Assembly: GCA_051362555.1 (NCBI GenBank)
Contig: CM120643.1
Coordinates: 14,358,644 to 14,422,643, forward strand
Length of the DNA stretch: 64,000 nt
DNA from: Lingula anatina
Lineage: Eukaryota > Animalia > Brachiopoda
Direction: 5' to 3'
Numbering within the stretch: position 1 is the stretch's first letter; every line of letters starts with the position of its first letter. The notes below the pieces were generated by a model. It did no database searches. It was not told the origin of the DNA and saw nothing but the letters and a program-made list of their open reading frames with translations. The position numbers and the translations under genes were made by a program. Below are positions 1-13,200 of the stretch, one piece after another.

Positions 1-772
1 TGTGAAATAAATTTCTGAAAAAAAGGAAACAAGTGAATTAATCAAATTCATGCTATAACACAGAAAAGATGAATAAATCAAATTAAGAAATTGAGTCAGA
101 AGCTGATTCAACTTATAACCCGTTCATGGTTTGTGACATACTGTGGTAAAAGATAAAAACCTTCCAGCCATATTTTGTTCATAATCTGTTGGGTCATGCC
201 AACTCATAAATATTTTGGTAAATTTTTGTTTCCACGTCATTTGGGGTTTGTAAAAAAGTAGGAAAAAGCTTTACAAATATGGGTATGGGGTTACTCAAGG
301 CAGAAAACTGCTAAGAAAAAAATTAGATTTCTGATTAAAATAAACTCCCACGATTTTAGTTCTAAGCAGTCATTTCATGAGTGGAAATGTTAAGTTAAAG
401 GCAATTTGTTATCAGATTGTCATTGAAAGTCAGGAAAATAGGTGAAAAAAATAAAATGAAATAATTTCTTGAAGGTGTCACTTTCTTGTGTTATTCTTTT
501 AAAATGCTACACAGTTACATGTAAAGGCCTACAAGTTTATGGGTGACACACACTGCCACACATGAAAAAAAATCTACAAACAACAAATAAAAATAATAAA
601 TTTAAAAAAATGAAAAAAAAAAAGACATTGAAAAAAACACTGAAAGAAAAACACTAACTACTTTAACACAAATTTTGATGAAAAAACAAGGAAAAAAATC
701 AGTTTCACATTTAGAAGTGGTTGGGGCTGAAATGGTCTGAGCATGGCAAAAAGACACAAGCAGCACAAGTAC

Positions 773-3700
773 CCAGCAATTTTGTCAATCCAAAGCCAAG
801 TTTCTGGAAATTCCTTTCTCACTTCCTCTACAGTCTGGAGGCTGTTGCTGCTTCTGGATTGGTCTGCTTCAGCAACGTTGTCTGCAACTGGCAGCAGAGC
901 TGCCATTTCAAAAACATTGTCGCCACCATCAGCTCTACGCAACCAGTTGTCTGTCACTACATAACACAATGAAAAATCTTGTTTGACAGATAAACTCATG
1001 AAAGGAATTAACTGTAACACAAACAAGATGGCACTTTTTGTTAGTTTTGAAATAAAGTTATCCATGGTTGAAAATGAGGTAATTCTATCAAAAATGCAAA
1101 CAATAACAATCATTACAATAAAATCAAAACATGATTAATAATCTGAGACAACTTTAACATTAATTGTTATCCCTGCAGCTTTTCAATAGGTTTTGAGTCT
1201 AATAATTCCTTGTTGTTCATGAAACTTAAAAATTCATAACACATATTATGACATCTAGCCAGTATGGCCACAATGCTTGCCAATGCGCTAAGATGACAGA
1301 AGGCTCAATAACATAAAAAGAAACAAATAAAGGTGCCTCCTCCTTCAATCAGTCACTTTCATGTGAGCAGTGACAAAGGTGGACAACTGTAACAGTCAAA
1401 TGCCTGTAGCCACCTAACTTCCCTTGGCAAAATGAAACATTTGCAGCAATATTGCAGCAAATTGGCAGCAGACCTGATATTTTGCTAAGGGTAACCAACA
1501 GACAGATAATACACATAAGACTTGGTGTAAATCTCATCTTCAGAGTTGCATACTTATTTTAAAAAACAACTTAAATTACTTATTCATTTCATATTCAAAG
1601 ATTATAACCAGTATGTCTGTATCATATAAGTTTTAAGTTTCCAAGACTACATAAAAAGTAAAATTTAATTTAAAACTAGAGGATCAGAGAGGCGATACCG
1701 CCTCCGAATATTGTACCACCAGCTGGAGCAAGCGCATTCGTACAGACCCCCACATACACAAAATAAGGGACACAGCCACCAGTCTTGTGCTTGACAAGCT
1801 GTAAAAATGCAATCAACAAGAATTTTCAAAATATGCAAAAAATATATATAACTAAAAATGGTACAATCAAATTAAAGTTCATCGTAAGGTAGGTCAAAGT
1901 TCAATTTCAAGGTCACAGTAAGATTGCCAGTATATGTCTTCCTATTCAAGTTCAATAGTAACTATGGACTTTTCTCTGCCAGTTTTGGATATAAAAGAGA
2001 AGCAAAATTTGCAAAGTTCAGTTCATGGTGAAAAGAAGGTCAAAGGTCACAGTTAATTGCCTCTAATGACTTTCTATTCAAATTCAATAGTAACTATGGG
2101 CGTATCTCTGAAAATAAAAGCATTAAAAAGTTGCAAAGTTCAGTTTATGGTGTAAAGTAGGTCAAAGGTCAATTTCAAGGTCACATTTAGATTGCCAGTA
2201 TATGACTTCCTATTCAAGTTCAATAGTAACTATGGGCCTATCTCTACCAGCTTTGGAGATAGAAGGGAAGCAAAATTTGCAAAGTTCAGTTCATGGTGAA
2301 AGTAGGTCAAAGGTCAATTTCAAGGTCACAGTAAGATTGCCAGTATATGACTTCCTATTCAACTTCAATAGTAACTATGGACCTATCTCTGCCAGTTTTG
2401 GAGATAGCAGGGAAGCAAAATTTGCAAAGTTCAGTTCATGGTGAAAAGTAGGTCAAAGGTCAATTTCAAGGTCACAGTAAGATTGCCAGTATATGACTTC
2501 CTATTCAACTTCAATAGTAACTATGGACCTATCTCTGCCAGTTTTGGAGATATAAGGGAAGCAAAATTTGCAAAGTTCAGTTCATGGTGAAAAGTAGGTC
2601 AAAGGTCAATTTCAAGGTCACAGTAAGATTGCCAGTATATGACTTCCTATTCAACTTCAATAGTAACTATGGACCTATCTCTGCCAGTTTTGGAGATAAA
2701 AGGGAAGCAAAATTTGCAAAGTTCAGTTCATGGTGAAAAGTAGGTCAAAGGTCAATTTCAAGGTCACATTTAGATTGCCAGTATATGACTTCCTATTCAA
2801 CTTCAATAGTAACTATGGACCTATCTCTGCCAGTTTTGGAGATAAAAGGGAAGCAAAATTTGCAAAGTTCAGTTCATGGTGAAAAGTAGGTCAAAGGTCA
2901 ATTTTAAGGTCACATTTAGATTGCCAGTATATGACTTCCTATTCAACTTCAATAGTAACTATGGACCTATCTCTGCCAGTTTTGGAGATATAAGGGACTA
3001 AATGTTATAATTTTGGGGTTACCATAATGTGCCATAAATTTCCTACAGAAAAAATTAATTTAAATAAAAAGGTCATTTTGGTCAAAATTCTTGAAATGGG
3101 AGGTGCTCTGAAGTTCCAGAAGTTCAAATTTGATGAAATAATGTCATTTTTGACCACAAGTTGTCTGCTTTACCAAGCCTTATGTTTTATTTTTCAAGAG
3201 TTTAAAATTTATTATCCATTACCGTACTGCACATTTTGCTTTCACCACCAATATGTACTTTTTGATACAGCGTAACTCGAAAACCGTATGGAATACAAAA
3301 AAACAGAGACCAAATCCAGTGTTGGGCTTTACATGCTCTACAAAATGCAAAAAAGAATGGGTCTCTAGCATTAACGGTTCCTGAATTAGAGACAGTTTTC
3401 AGTTTTGGTATCTTATGGCCACTACTCCCGTGAAAATGCACCGATTGACCCCAAATTTACGGATATGAAAGATGACCTGAAGGGTAACATTTTCCAATAA
3501 TATTATTGGTTAAGTCTGTGTGGTGTCTGAATAACAGCACAAATAATTTTTTTTTTGTAAAAAAATTCATTTTTTTGAAAATTTTGGCCCGTTTGACCTT
3601 GAAATAAAGGTCAAAGGTCAAATCCAAGGGCATATTTGAAATCTACACATATGACTTTTGGAAAGCCGTCTGTAGAAAATTTTCCCATAATTCCTTCCGT

Positions 3701-5682
3701 AGGGTAGATAATTAGCATTTAATTTTGCCATTTTTGGACAAGGGTGCATTGCAATGAATGCCACACCTAGACCCCAATATCGACAAAGCCCAAATTTTAT
3801 GTGGAACGAGTTGAGATTATAGGTGACCTAAATCCAAGAGATGGTTATGGGGGCCCTTACCGTCTAGGAGGAGAAGCGGTAACGGTAACATGGCTGCGGA
3901 GCCGGCGGAGCCGGCGGAACGGACCGGACAGGACTAAAACCATGTGTACCGCCAGCGCCAACGCTGGTGGTACAATAAAAGGGCCAATATCTCAACTCAG
4001 TTTCAGTACAAATGTTGATTGTAATCTCAAGCTTCTCTTTTTTTTAACAATATAACTTCAAAAAATTATTTATATTTAATCAAGGATAATTCTCTTCAAA
4101 TCTGTCACTTGAGAGTTTTAGCAAATAATTTAAAAGCATCACCAAGTCAATAATACAAAGTGTTGTCTACCGGTCAAGTCTGTGACACACATTTTGTGAA
4201 ATATTTGCAAAATTGTTTTACAACCTTTTTTGTATGCTGTTCTACAGTCTGTTTTTTAAATGTTTTACAACCTTTTTCTCCCTGTTGATCTTTTTCCACA
4301 TTACAGGTAACTATAGTATAAAACCAGCAGCAATGTTAGGACAAGACAGAACTGTGCAAATTTCATACAAAATGTGAGCTTGGGTGACTTGACTCTGAAA
4401 GACACTTTTTTTTTTTTTGTGGAATAATGACTCAACTCTTTACTTACTGGGGTACAATACTAGGTCCTTTTTTAAATAAGCATCTGTCATTACCAGCATG
4501 CCTGCTTCCTGAAAAAAAAAAACAAAGAATCAGTATAATCCACCAAGTGATATATCACTGTCCATCTCTAGCTATCAAAAAAAAAAAAGAAAAAAAAAAC
4601 AACTGCATTTTCCTAACTCCCCCAAGGATTTATGTTCACTGCAGAAAATGCACATGACGTCAACAAATAAATCCTGTAAGGAAGAAAAAAAATATCATTT
4701 CAAATTTATTCAGCAAGCACCATGTAATATTTTGCTTTTTGGTAAGGACAAATGGCCAACTTGTGGGGAAATGGGATAAAAAAGTGTATCAATTTTCATG
4801 TTACGATGTAATACTAAATGTTTTTCTCTAAATATAAGGCCTTCTGCCTTAAGATCTTGACTCACAAGACTGAACTAAGGTAGCCTTAATCATCACAAAA
4901 AGCTATCTTGAGATTAGAAAGGAAAAGCTAAATACTTGCCTTCAGCAAATCAAAAGCATTATTTCCACCAATGGGATAGGGCCACCAAAATGACCTCTTC
5001 TTTCTCTTGGCCATAATACACGGTTCGCCTCTTAAGCAGGGGTTAAACCCTCCACTTGTGTCCTTTACATCGTACTCCTCCAGTTCTGCCAAGACCTGTG
5101 AAATAGTACAACCAGGACTCATTAAATACTACATAGCAGGACTCAGTACATACTATATAGCAGGATTCATTACATACTAAAACCTTTTCAAACTGAGCCA
5201 TTCAGGTTTCAGTATCACACCTGTAAGAGGGTGGGGTTACCTTTCACAAGCTTTCAACGTACCAATCAAAAATTTTTGGTGGTGCTGAGAGTAGAGGATC
5301 CATTAGGGCATTTCTCAGACTGGTGCAATTCAGAAAAATGCAATCCTACTTACATAGACATTCAATGCTTAATATAATAAGAACTAAGTTTTGTGCTTGA
5401 TTGGTATTATGACGAACGTATCATTCATAGCTCAAGATTGTTCCATTCACCACTTATCAAATGCACTGTTTTATTATTCAAATACGCCATGTTTAAAAAT
5501 GTGTAAAGTCTTACGAATCTGTTGTTGTCAGAAATCACTAAAAAAAGAACACACAGAGGTTCTCCTTGGTCATAGCAGGCAATGCAACATATTCGAACTA
5601 AACTAGATTCAATCATTGATGACTAAAAAACACACCCACCATCCCAACCAACCACACACACCCACATCAGTACCCCCCCCCC

Positions 5683-5719
<37 letters not shown>

Positions 5720-7191
5720 TGACACGTACGTAACTATGTATATTAAGAAATAGAAACAGCTTTAGGCTTACTTCGGCCTGTGTGATATCATTCCCTGATT
5801 TTAGCAGCAACACACTCTGGTCCACAGCAAGACATCCTACAAATGACCCAGCAGCGGCAGTCACTTCAAAGGTCACATCCTTGCCCAATTCGGATTGCGT
5901 AATTTCTGTGTTTGATGGGTTGGTAAAACGCACAGACACCTGCCAAAATATAAAAGTTGCACATCAGGTTCTTTTGGCAATAATTTTGTTTATTTCTTTA
6001 CCTATGGGACAGCTTTAATCACAATATAGTGTTCAGAACCTATTTCAAAGTCTTTCCTACTTTCATCTAATACTCAGTGAGTTACTTAACTGTCTACATA
6101 ATAGGTATCAGTATAATCAACTGCAACATTATATTATACTCACCAATATTTTGTTTAACCATTTAATGCATAAGATATCCCAGAATGGCAGAAGTACTCA
6201 CATCATTTCTAAAAGCTCCCTCTACAGTAAAATCAACACTGTCAACAATCATTTCACCATCAGCAGTGAGGAAATAGACCAGAATTCTAGCTTTGGGTGC
6301 CATATTGCTATCGGCCGTGATGGTGAACTCTTGCCTGGTAGCAGCACTGGCAAACACCTGTTCACCCACTGAGTGTATGGTTCCCCTGGAGACAATCTGA
6401 ACAAAAAAATTAAAGAAAATAATTTTCCTCCTTGTATGTCTCAATTGGACCTTTTAATTTCCAAATTAAATATAGTAAACAGTATGGGCAGTGCGGCTAA
6501 TAATAACACACATGCACAATCAATATGAATCTTTAAAAACTTCAAAATTTCAATTCTGATAATTTATCAAATTAAAATGATCATATTCGTGTCAAATAAA
6601 ACCAGACTGAATATCAGCCACATTAAACACCCTAAAAAGGGTCGACAATCTTAAACATGACTCTACTGCCCCCTAGTGGCTGATGATTGATTTTGCAGCT
6701 GGGGACATTCCTGACTTCATTCTCTATCTGTATTTTTGCCAAGGATTACCACACTTACCAGCATGTCATTGACCTCTATGCAATATTTTCTTCCATCAAC
6801 TACTGATCCTATCCAACCATAAATAAGATGATTCTTATTCCCACCCACCCACCCAATTCCTTTTTCAAGCTGGAAGAAGAACATAAACTGCTAGGCTGCC
6901 AATACTAAATTTGCAGTGAGAATGTCCAAAATCTCATTTTCAATGATGCTGCTATCTACTATGTATAATAATATTATAACAACCCACCTGGTAAGACACC
7001 TTGGAGAGAGATGATGTTGACCTTAACTGAAACACTATGTCTCCTCCTGCCTGGAAAACAAGCAATCTTTTTCCTTCAACATTAAATATCTGAAATATAC
7101 CTTACTCATTCTTCTATACATTCAATATCCAACAGTAGGACTCAAGGGTCAGTAAGTTATAATTGCTCATGACACCCCCCCCCAAAAAAAA

Positions 7192-7234
<43 letters not shown>

Positions 7235-10200
7235 CTCATGGATTATTCTGAGGAGATATTTCTTTCTGTGTCACTTTTAATTTTACATACATACCTGTGA
7301 AACACTGTCAACATCTTTCAAGGTTATCTGCATTTGCTGGCCACTCCTGGTTTCAAATGGATTTGGAGATTTCACAGCCCTTGCAGTGCTGGAACCTTTC
7401 AGGCTGACCTGGTATTTGCATGATAAAAGGAGATGCATAAAAAACACGAAAAAATTTACGTTTAGCTGTTTGCAGTCACCATCTAGCATATGACAATTTG
7501 GCAAACTGGACCATAATATTATTATAAGTGTTATTTGAGGTTACAGGAAATATTTCATATGTGAAAGCAATCACAAAGTCTAAACTATGAATATTGTTAT
7601 TTGGTATTCATAAACTACTGATAAGAAACCATGGTATATATGCATTTATATAATCTTCAGCTTAGCTTCCTAATTGCTTTTTTTTTCCTTTCTTTTTTTT
7701 TTTTTTTTTTTTGGGGGGGGGCGTATCTTATAAATTTTTACCATATCTTGTAAATAAATGTCACTTGTCTTTATTATCTAAAATACAATTACTTTTAAGA
7801 AACATAATATACAATTACTTTAAAAAAAGCATTTATCTAATAGTATGTACCATGCAGTAACAAATTAAAATGAAAGCAGATTTCAAATATATAAACAACA
7901 TACTGAGACATTTATCTCCACATCAATAAGGTTACTCTTATTAATCAATTGTGAAATAGCAAGTACATGTACATTGTATAACAAACACATCCCTAGCAGC
8001 TGACTTTCAAAGCTGATCAGTAACTTCTTTGCCTACCCATAGCTATTAATATCAAAGCTATCAATAACTTGTAAGAAGTATAAAAAACTTACAGTCAAAG
8101 TGAAGGTAGTGGCACGTGTAGGAATGTCCACTGTTACTGGCAAAAGTCCATCAGCTGGAACATCCAGAGTCTGTCGAATCAATTCCTTGTCAGGGTCATT
8201 CCATTCACTGTGGTATTTGACCTCCACTTGAAGTGGGGTAGTGCGAGGAGCTGGGGGAGTGCCATCTGGCTGGGTCACTTTGGCCTAGAATTTAAAGTTT
8301 ATTCGTGACGTATGCATCCACCTGGGTGGATGAAAATGACAATATTCAATGTAATTTTTAATGAGTATGTTATTAATCAATTCTTTAACTTACAACTCTT
8401 TAACTTATTAAAGACAACTGTTTAAGGCAATTTACTAAATTACTACTACTATTATAGTATTATAAATTGCAAAATTATAATCAAGTAATTCATACACAAT
8501 TACCTACAAGAGTATAAACTAATAATAATAAGAAGAAGAATACTAAAATACATATTAATTTACTTACAAAGGCAGTATACTTAAGACCTGGCTTGAAATG
8601 TGAGGGACTAGCTTCCAGAAATTCCACTTCGTGTTCTTCATCATAAAATCTAATGGATTCATTTCCAGACTGGGTAGTCCCGGTCAAGGTCTCGGTGACG
8701 TTTGCAATGACCACAAAGTTCTGATTGGTAGGGATGGCACCTCCAGCCAACCCAAAAGTCTGACGAATCTCGCTGTGGGTGATTTCGAATGAAGCAGTGC
8801 CATTAATCTGAAAGGCAAGCACAGATAAAAATAAGGCCCTTTCAACATCGAATGGTATATTTCAAGGATACTGCTGTACTTGCACACTTTAAAAGATTGA
8901 TGGCTTCATAGCCTGGATATTACAAAGGAAAGTCACCTAAAAAAAACACCCTCAATTGAAAACCAAGTCATCAATTTCTGCTCAAACAGCATGCAGGTAG
9001 AGAACTTGGTCTTGATGAAGACAGGGTATAGATAAAATTAATAAGTATTACACTCAGTTCAGTCTTACGTATCATTTGAACTGATGTTAACTTAATGTAG
9101 TGCTGTACATAAATTTATGTTATAGATACAACAACAGAGGTACAATTTTTCAGGCAGAAACATCTAGCAAGTACAACTGATACAACTTTTAAAATAACAT
9201 CTGTTCACCATTCCAGCACTAGCTCCACACTTGAATGGAGCTGTGCACACGTAATCTACAAATGGGTGATGTTTATCAAAATGCTATAATTATAACTATA
9301 TTAACTCCATTCTTTTACAATGATGCTAATGTGTATACACCCCTTCGTAAAATATGTAGTCACAAGTCAAAGGTGTGCACTTATTAATCAAGTATGTCAC
9401 TTTCAATCAAACTTGACACATTTAGTCCAGAAATATGGTGAAAATCACACAAATATTGTAGCAACCCTTTGCAATGTGTGGATTGAAATCGGTGGAAAAT
9501 GGGGGCCAAAATAATGCTTTTGTAAATATTTATACAAAACAATATATACTAGTAACAGAATTTTCAGTCAAGGACCCTAGTCAACAGTAAATTTTAATAC
9601 CTGGTCCATTTTTTTCTACATTAACTGTAACTGTTACAATAACTGTTACAATTACACTGGGCTAAGTAGAAGTTACCACATGGCTGGTTTAGATACCAGT
9701 TTAGACGGCTGAACATAATGCAGAGAAACTCACTGTCAGTAAGCTCTCTGTATACAGGCTTATTATTACAATATTTTACATTTACATTTAAAAAGAACAC
9801 ATTGCATGCATCAACAAGATTTCATACTTACATCCATAGTCTTCATTAAAGAAAAAAGAAAGGTACTGCGTGAGCAATTAAGGTAAGATCACTAGATATT
9901 ATTAATAATCATTATAGTAGACCTTCAAAAAATCACCAAAGGCACACAGCATTATATGGGGGTATTAGATACAACATACAAGTATTAGAACAAGTACTTG
10001 TGAAGACCAATCAATAGGAACGATTTAAAGAAATTAAGACTTAAAAATACAGCATCCGTAAAATTCACAATTTCTCTCCATTTTAAAGATTGCGTAGTTA
10101 CCATAATTACTGTAGCCAGCAATTTCAATGTGGGAACCCTTGAACATTTTTAACTGCTCAGTTGACCCAAAGCAAAATTAGCCTTTGGATCAAATGGTTA

Positions 10201-13200
10201 ACCAGGGGTGGATGGAGTCTGCCTTCTGGGTCTTTCGGAAGACGGTCACAATTTTTCAAGTTTACATTGGCCGGCATCTAATTTTTTGTGTTGGAAGATG
10301 GTCAAAAATGGGGGATGGATCAACAAAGATGTTATTAATTTGGAAGACTGTCAAAAATATCTCTGGGTCCGCCCCTATTAATAAAAAAGAAAAATTCTGC
10401 AAAAACTTGTCCCCATTTTGAACTTCCCTTATCTGAAACAAAGGTAACATCTCAAGCAGTTGTCCCAGCCTACACTTCTAGCCAATCAGAATTCAAGGGA
10501 TGAATACCACTTTGTAACTGTTACAATAAAAATGGCAAAAAACTTTTTTGCTTTGACTGCATGTATAACAGACATCATACAGTACATGCAGTCAAAGCAA
10601 AAAAGTTTTTTTTTCTAACTTACATCCATTTTTTTCATGATACTTTTCACAGAAGGACTTCTGGAATACTGGTACAAGGGCACAAACATGGCTTTTAATG
10701 TCACTTTTCCTTTGACACCTTTTCCATATGTGTACCTGAAATGGAATCCAGCAAACTTAAGGCCATACTAAAAGATACTACCGTAGCCTCAACTGTATAC
10801 AAATGTTCAGTTATTCTCAAATCAGATTCTGAAACTGATACTAATATAGGAAAACAAATGTCTTCCTTTTTTCTTTAAGTTCATTCTATTCATTTCCATT
10901 CATTTTCTTTCAGGCCTTTTTCCAGTCAATAGGCATCTTTTTCCATAATAACAGATCCTAAAAACAAACTTGTTATTTTGCTAGCTGCTTTCCCTGCTGA
11001 AATGCACCGATTGAACCCAAAATAATGTATACGCCCCACTCCCCCAGCCACCATAGTAGTGGTATAAAAAGTTTGCAGAATTAAGCTAAATAATCTCAAT
11101 GTGAAAGAAAAGTAATGGAATAATTTTGCAACTTGAATAAATCATTTAACGTTCCCCCCCAAAAAAGTGGCATACTTTGCCTCCACTTGGCCTATGATCT
11201 TTTCTTGTGTTCTTGTCAATCCGTAAGGGGGAAGGGTCACTTTGACCTCGTACAAGGGCAAAACTGAAAAAAAAATCTTTCATCATCATCTGACTAGCTA
11301 TTTATATCACTGTCAATTAAGGATTATTAAATAAGGTTGACAATTGACCTCGGAGTTTGTCATAAAGATTGGGTGATAGCTATTAGTTATAAAATAAATT
11401 AATGCAAAAAAGCCAGGGTTTTATTTTATCATTTTAAATCTATTATTCTCCATCTTGATAATGTTACCTTTTTGGGGACTTTGATTATTATATCCTAAGT
11501 AAATTTCTGAGAGAATAGATTATAAAAATGGTACATTTCTTGAAAGACAATGTGATATTCAATAACAAACTAATCAAAGTAATCTAAATTAATTTTATAA
11601 ATGACTCACCATACTCTGCAACTGTGAATACTTTCTCTACTTTTTGACCCTACAATATGAAATAAAAACAAAAATTTAATACAATTTCATAAAGCACATT
11701 GTACAATCCATGTAAGCAGTCATTGTATGTAACTATCAGTAATGAATTTGTGAAACTTGTACTTTTAAATGTGATGAAAATATCCAGACCAAAAAAAAAA
11801 AAAAAACACTAATCCATCCCACTCACCCCAGCATTCACTTTTATCTTCCAATCTCCAAGAACAGGTAAACTTGTCAGTTGAAGGGATTTGGTCAGAACTC
11901 CTGAAAGATCAACATACAGAATGGAGATAAGAGAAATGAAGTTAATCAAATGTTAAAAAGTCCTGTTTAACTATAAGCAATATAAATCTGATGCAGTGAC
12001 AATGAATTTGATTAACTGTGTCTCATAAGCCAAATATGGCTGGGTATTCTTTTAATTAGTAGTAGTTTGTTGTATACTGGTTTTTTGTAATTTATGTTTT
12101 AAGAATATGCGACACTTTAAAAAAAAAATAAATAAATAAATAAATAAATATTAAAATCCTCACCCATGGCACTGTCATTCCTCTGGTCAACATACTGTCT
12201 GATCTTGTTGCCTTTGGGATCCTACAATGACATTTTATAAAATATTTCAACAATCTTCTACTCAAATAGAATCTTATCAATAATGTACAATAATCATATT
12301 CACAGTAACTGTATTATTCAGATTGCGATAAGTTACTTTTATTACAAAAACCAAGTTTATATGAGCAAAAAGTCCAATGGATGATTTATTCGGGTGTAAC
12401 TTCTCATAATGGTATGAACAGTATTCAGAGTAAAGTCCCTGTATCAATACTTTTTAAGGTGACTGATAGTAAAAGGACCAAAGTCAAAGCCCTGGACTTA
12501 TAAGTTTTTATATAAAATTAAAACAAACTTCCCAAAAGGCCAATTAAAGACGGGGATTAAGTACAGTGTCCAACGGATGACGCTCTGGCGCCAATTTGAG
12601 GGGAAAAATGCCGTTTTCGGTATCGGGATTTTCTCTATAACCAAGACAGCTATTCAAGTGATTCAAAAGGCCTCATAAAGCTGGGTGAAAGCACTACAGC
12701 GGGGTACCAGGGAATTGTCTTAAACTATTTACTTTTGATTTTATCATCTTTTACGTTAAATCAGCCCATATTTCAATGGGTTATTCACTTCAAAAGGCGA
12801 TAACTTTCAAACAAACAATTTCCTCTTAAACCCCTGATATCATGCTGTAGTCCACATTCCTAACAACAATAGGTGCAACTTTTGTAACGATCGGTTGCTC
12901 AGATAGTGAGATATACTTGGCAGCGATTCACTTATCTCGTCAATATAGAAAGCTGTTAAAACTGCCAAAAACAGTCAAAGGTTGGTTAACAGGGCTTATT
13001 AGTCAAATGCTTAGCTGGCAAATTTACCTGTTATCGGTTATACGATCAGATGGAACCATTGCTTATTGTCATCTAAAAATATTTTGTTTGGGTGCTTTGA
13101 AGGGGCAGAAAATCGTGCTTTTGTTACACTTTCCGACCACTCGTTAGGCATGTAAGCGTGACGCCATTTTGATTGACAGCTCTGGAGAGGGCCCTAGCCT

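Noticed and set aside
1875-2997. CRISPR-like array or coding repeat (ORF 2202-2444)
   Set aside because: Units are contiguous 146-bp repeats without unique spacers, there are no cas genes, the context is a eukaryotic intron, and 146 is not a multiple of 3.
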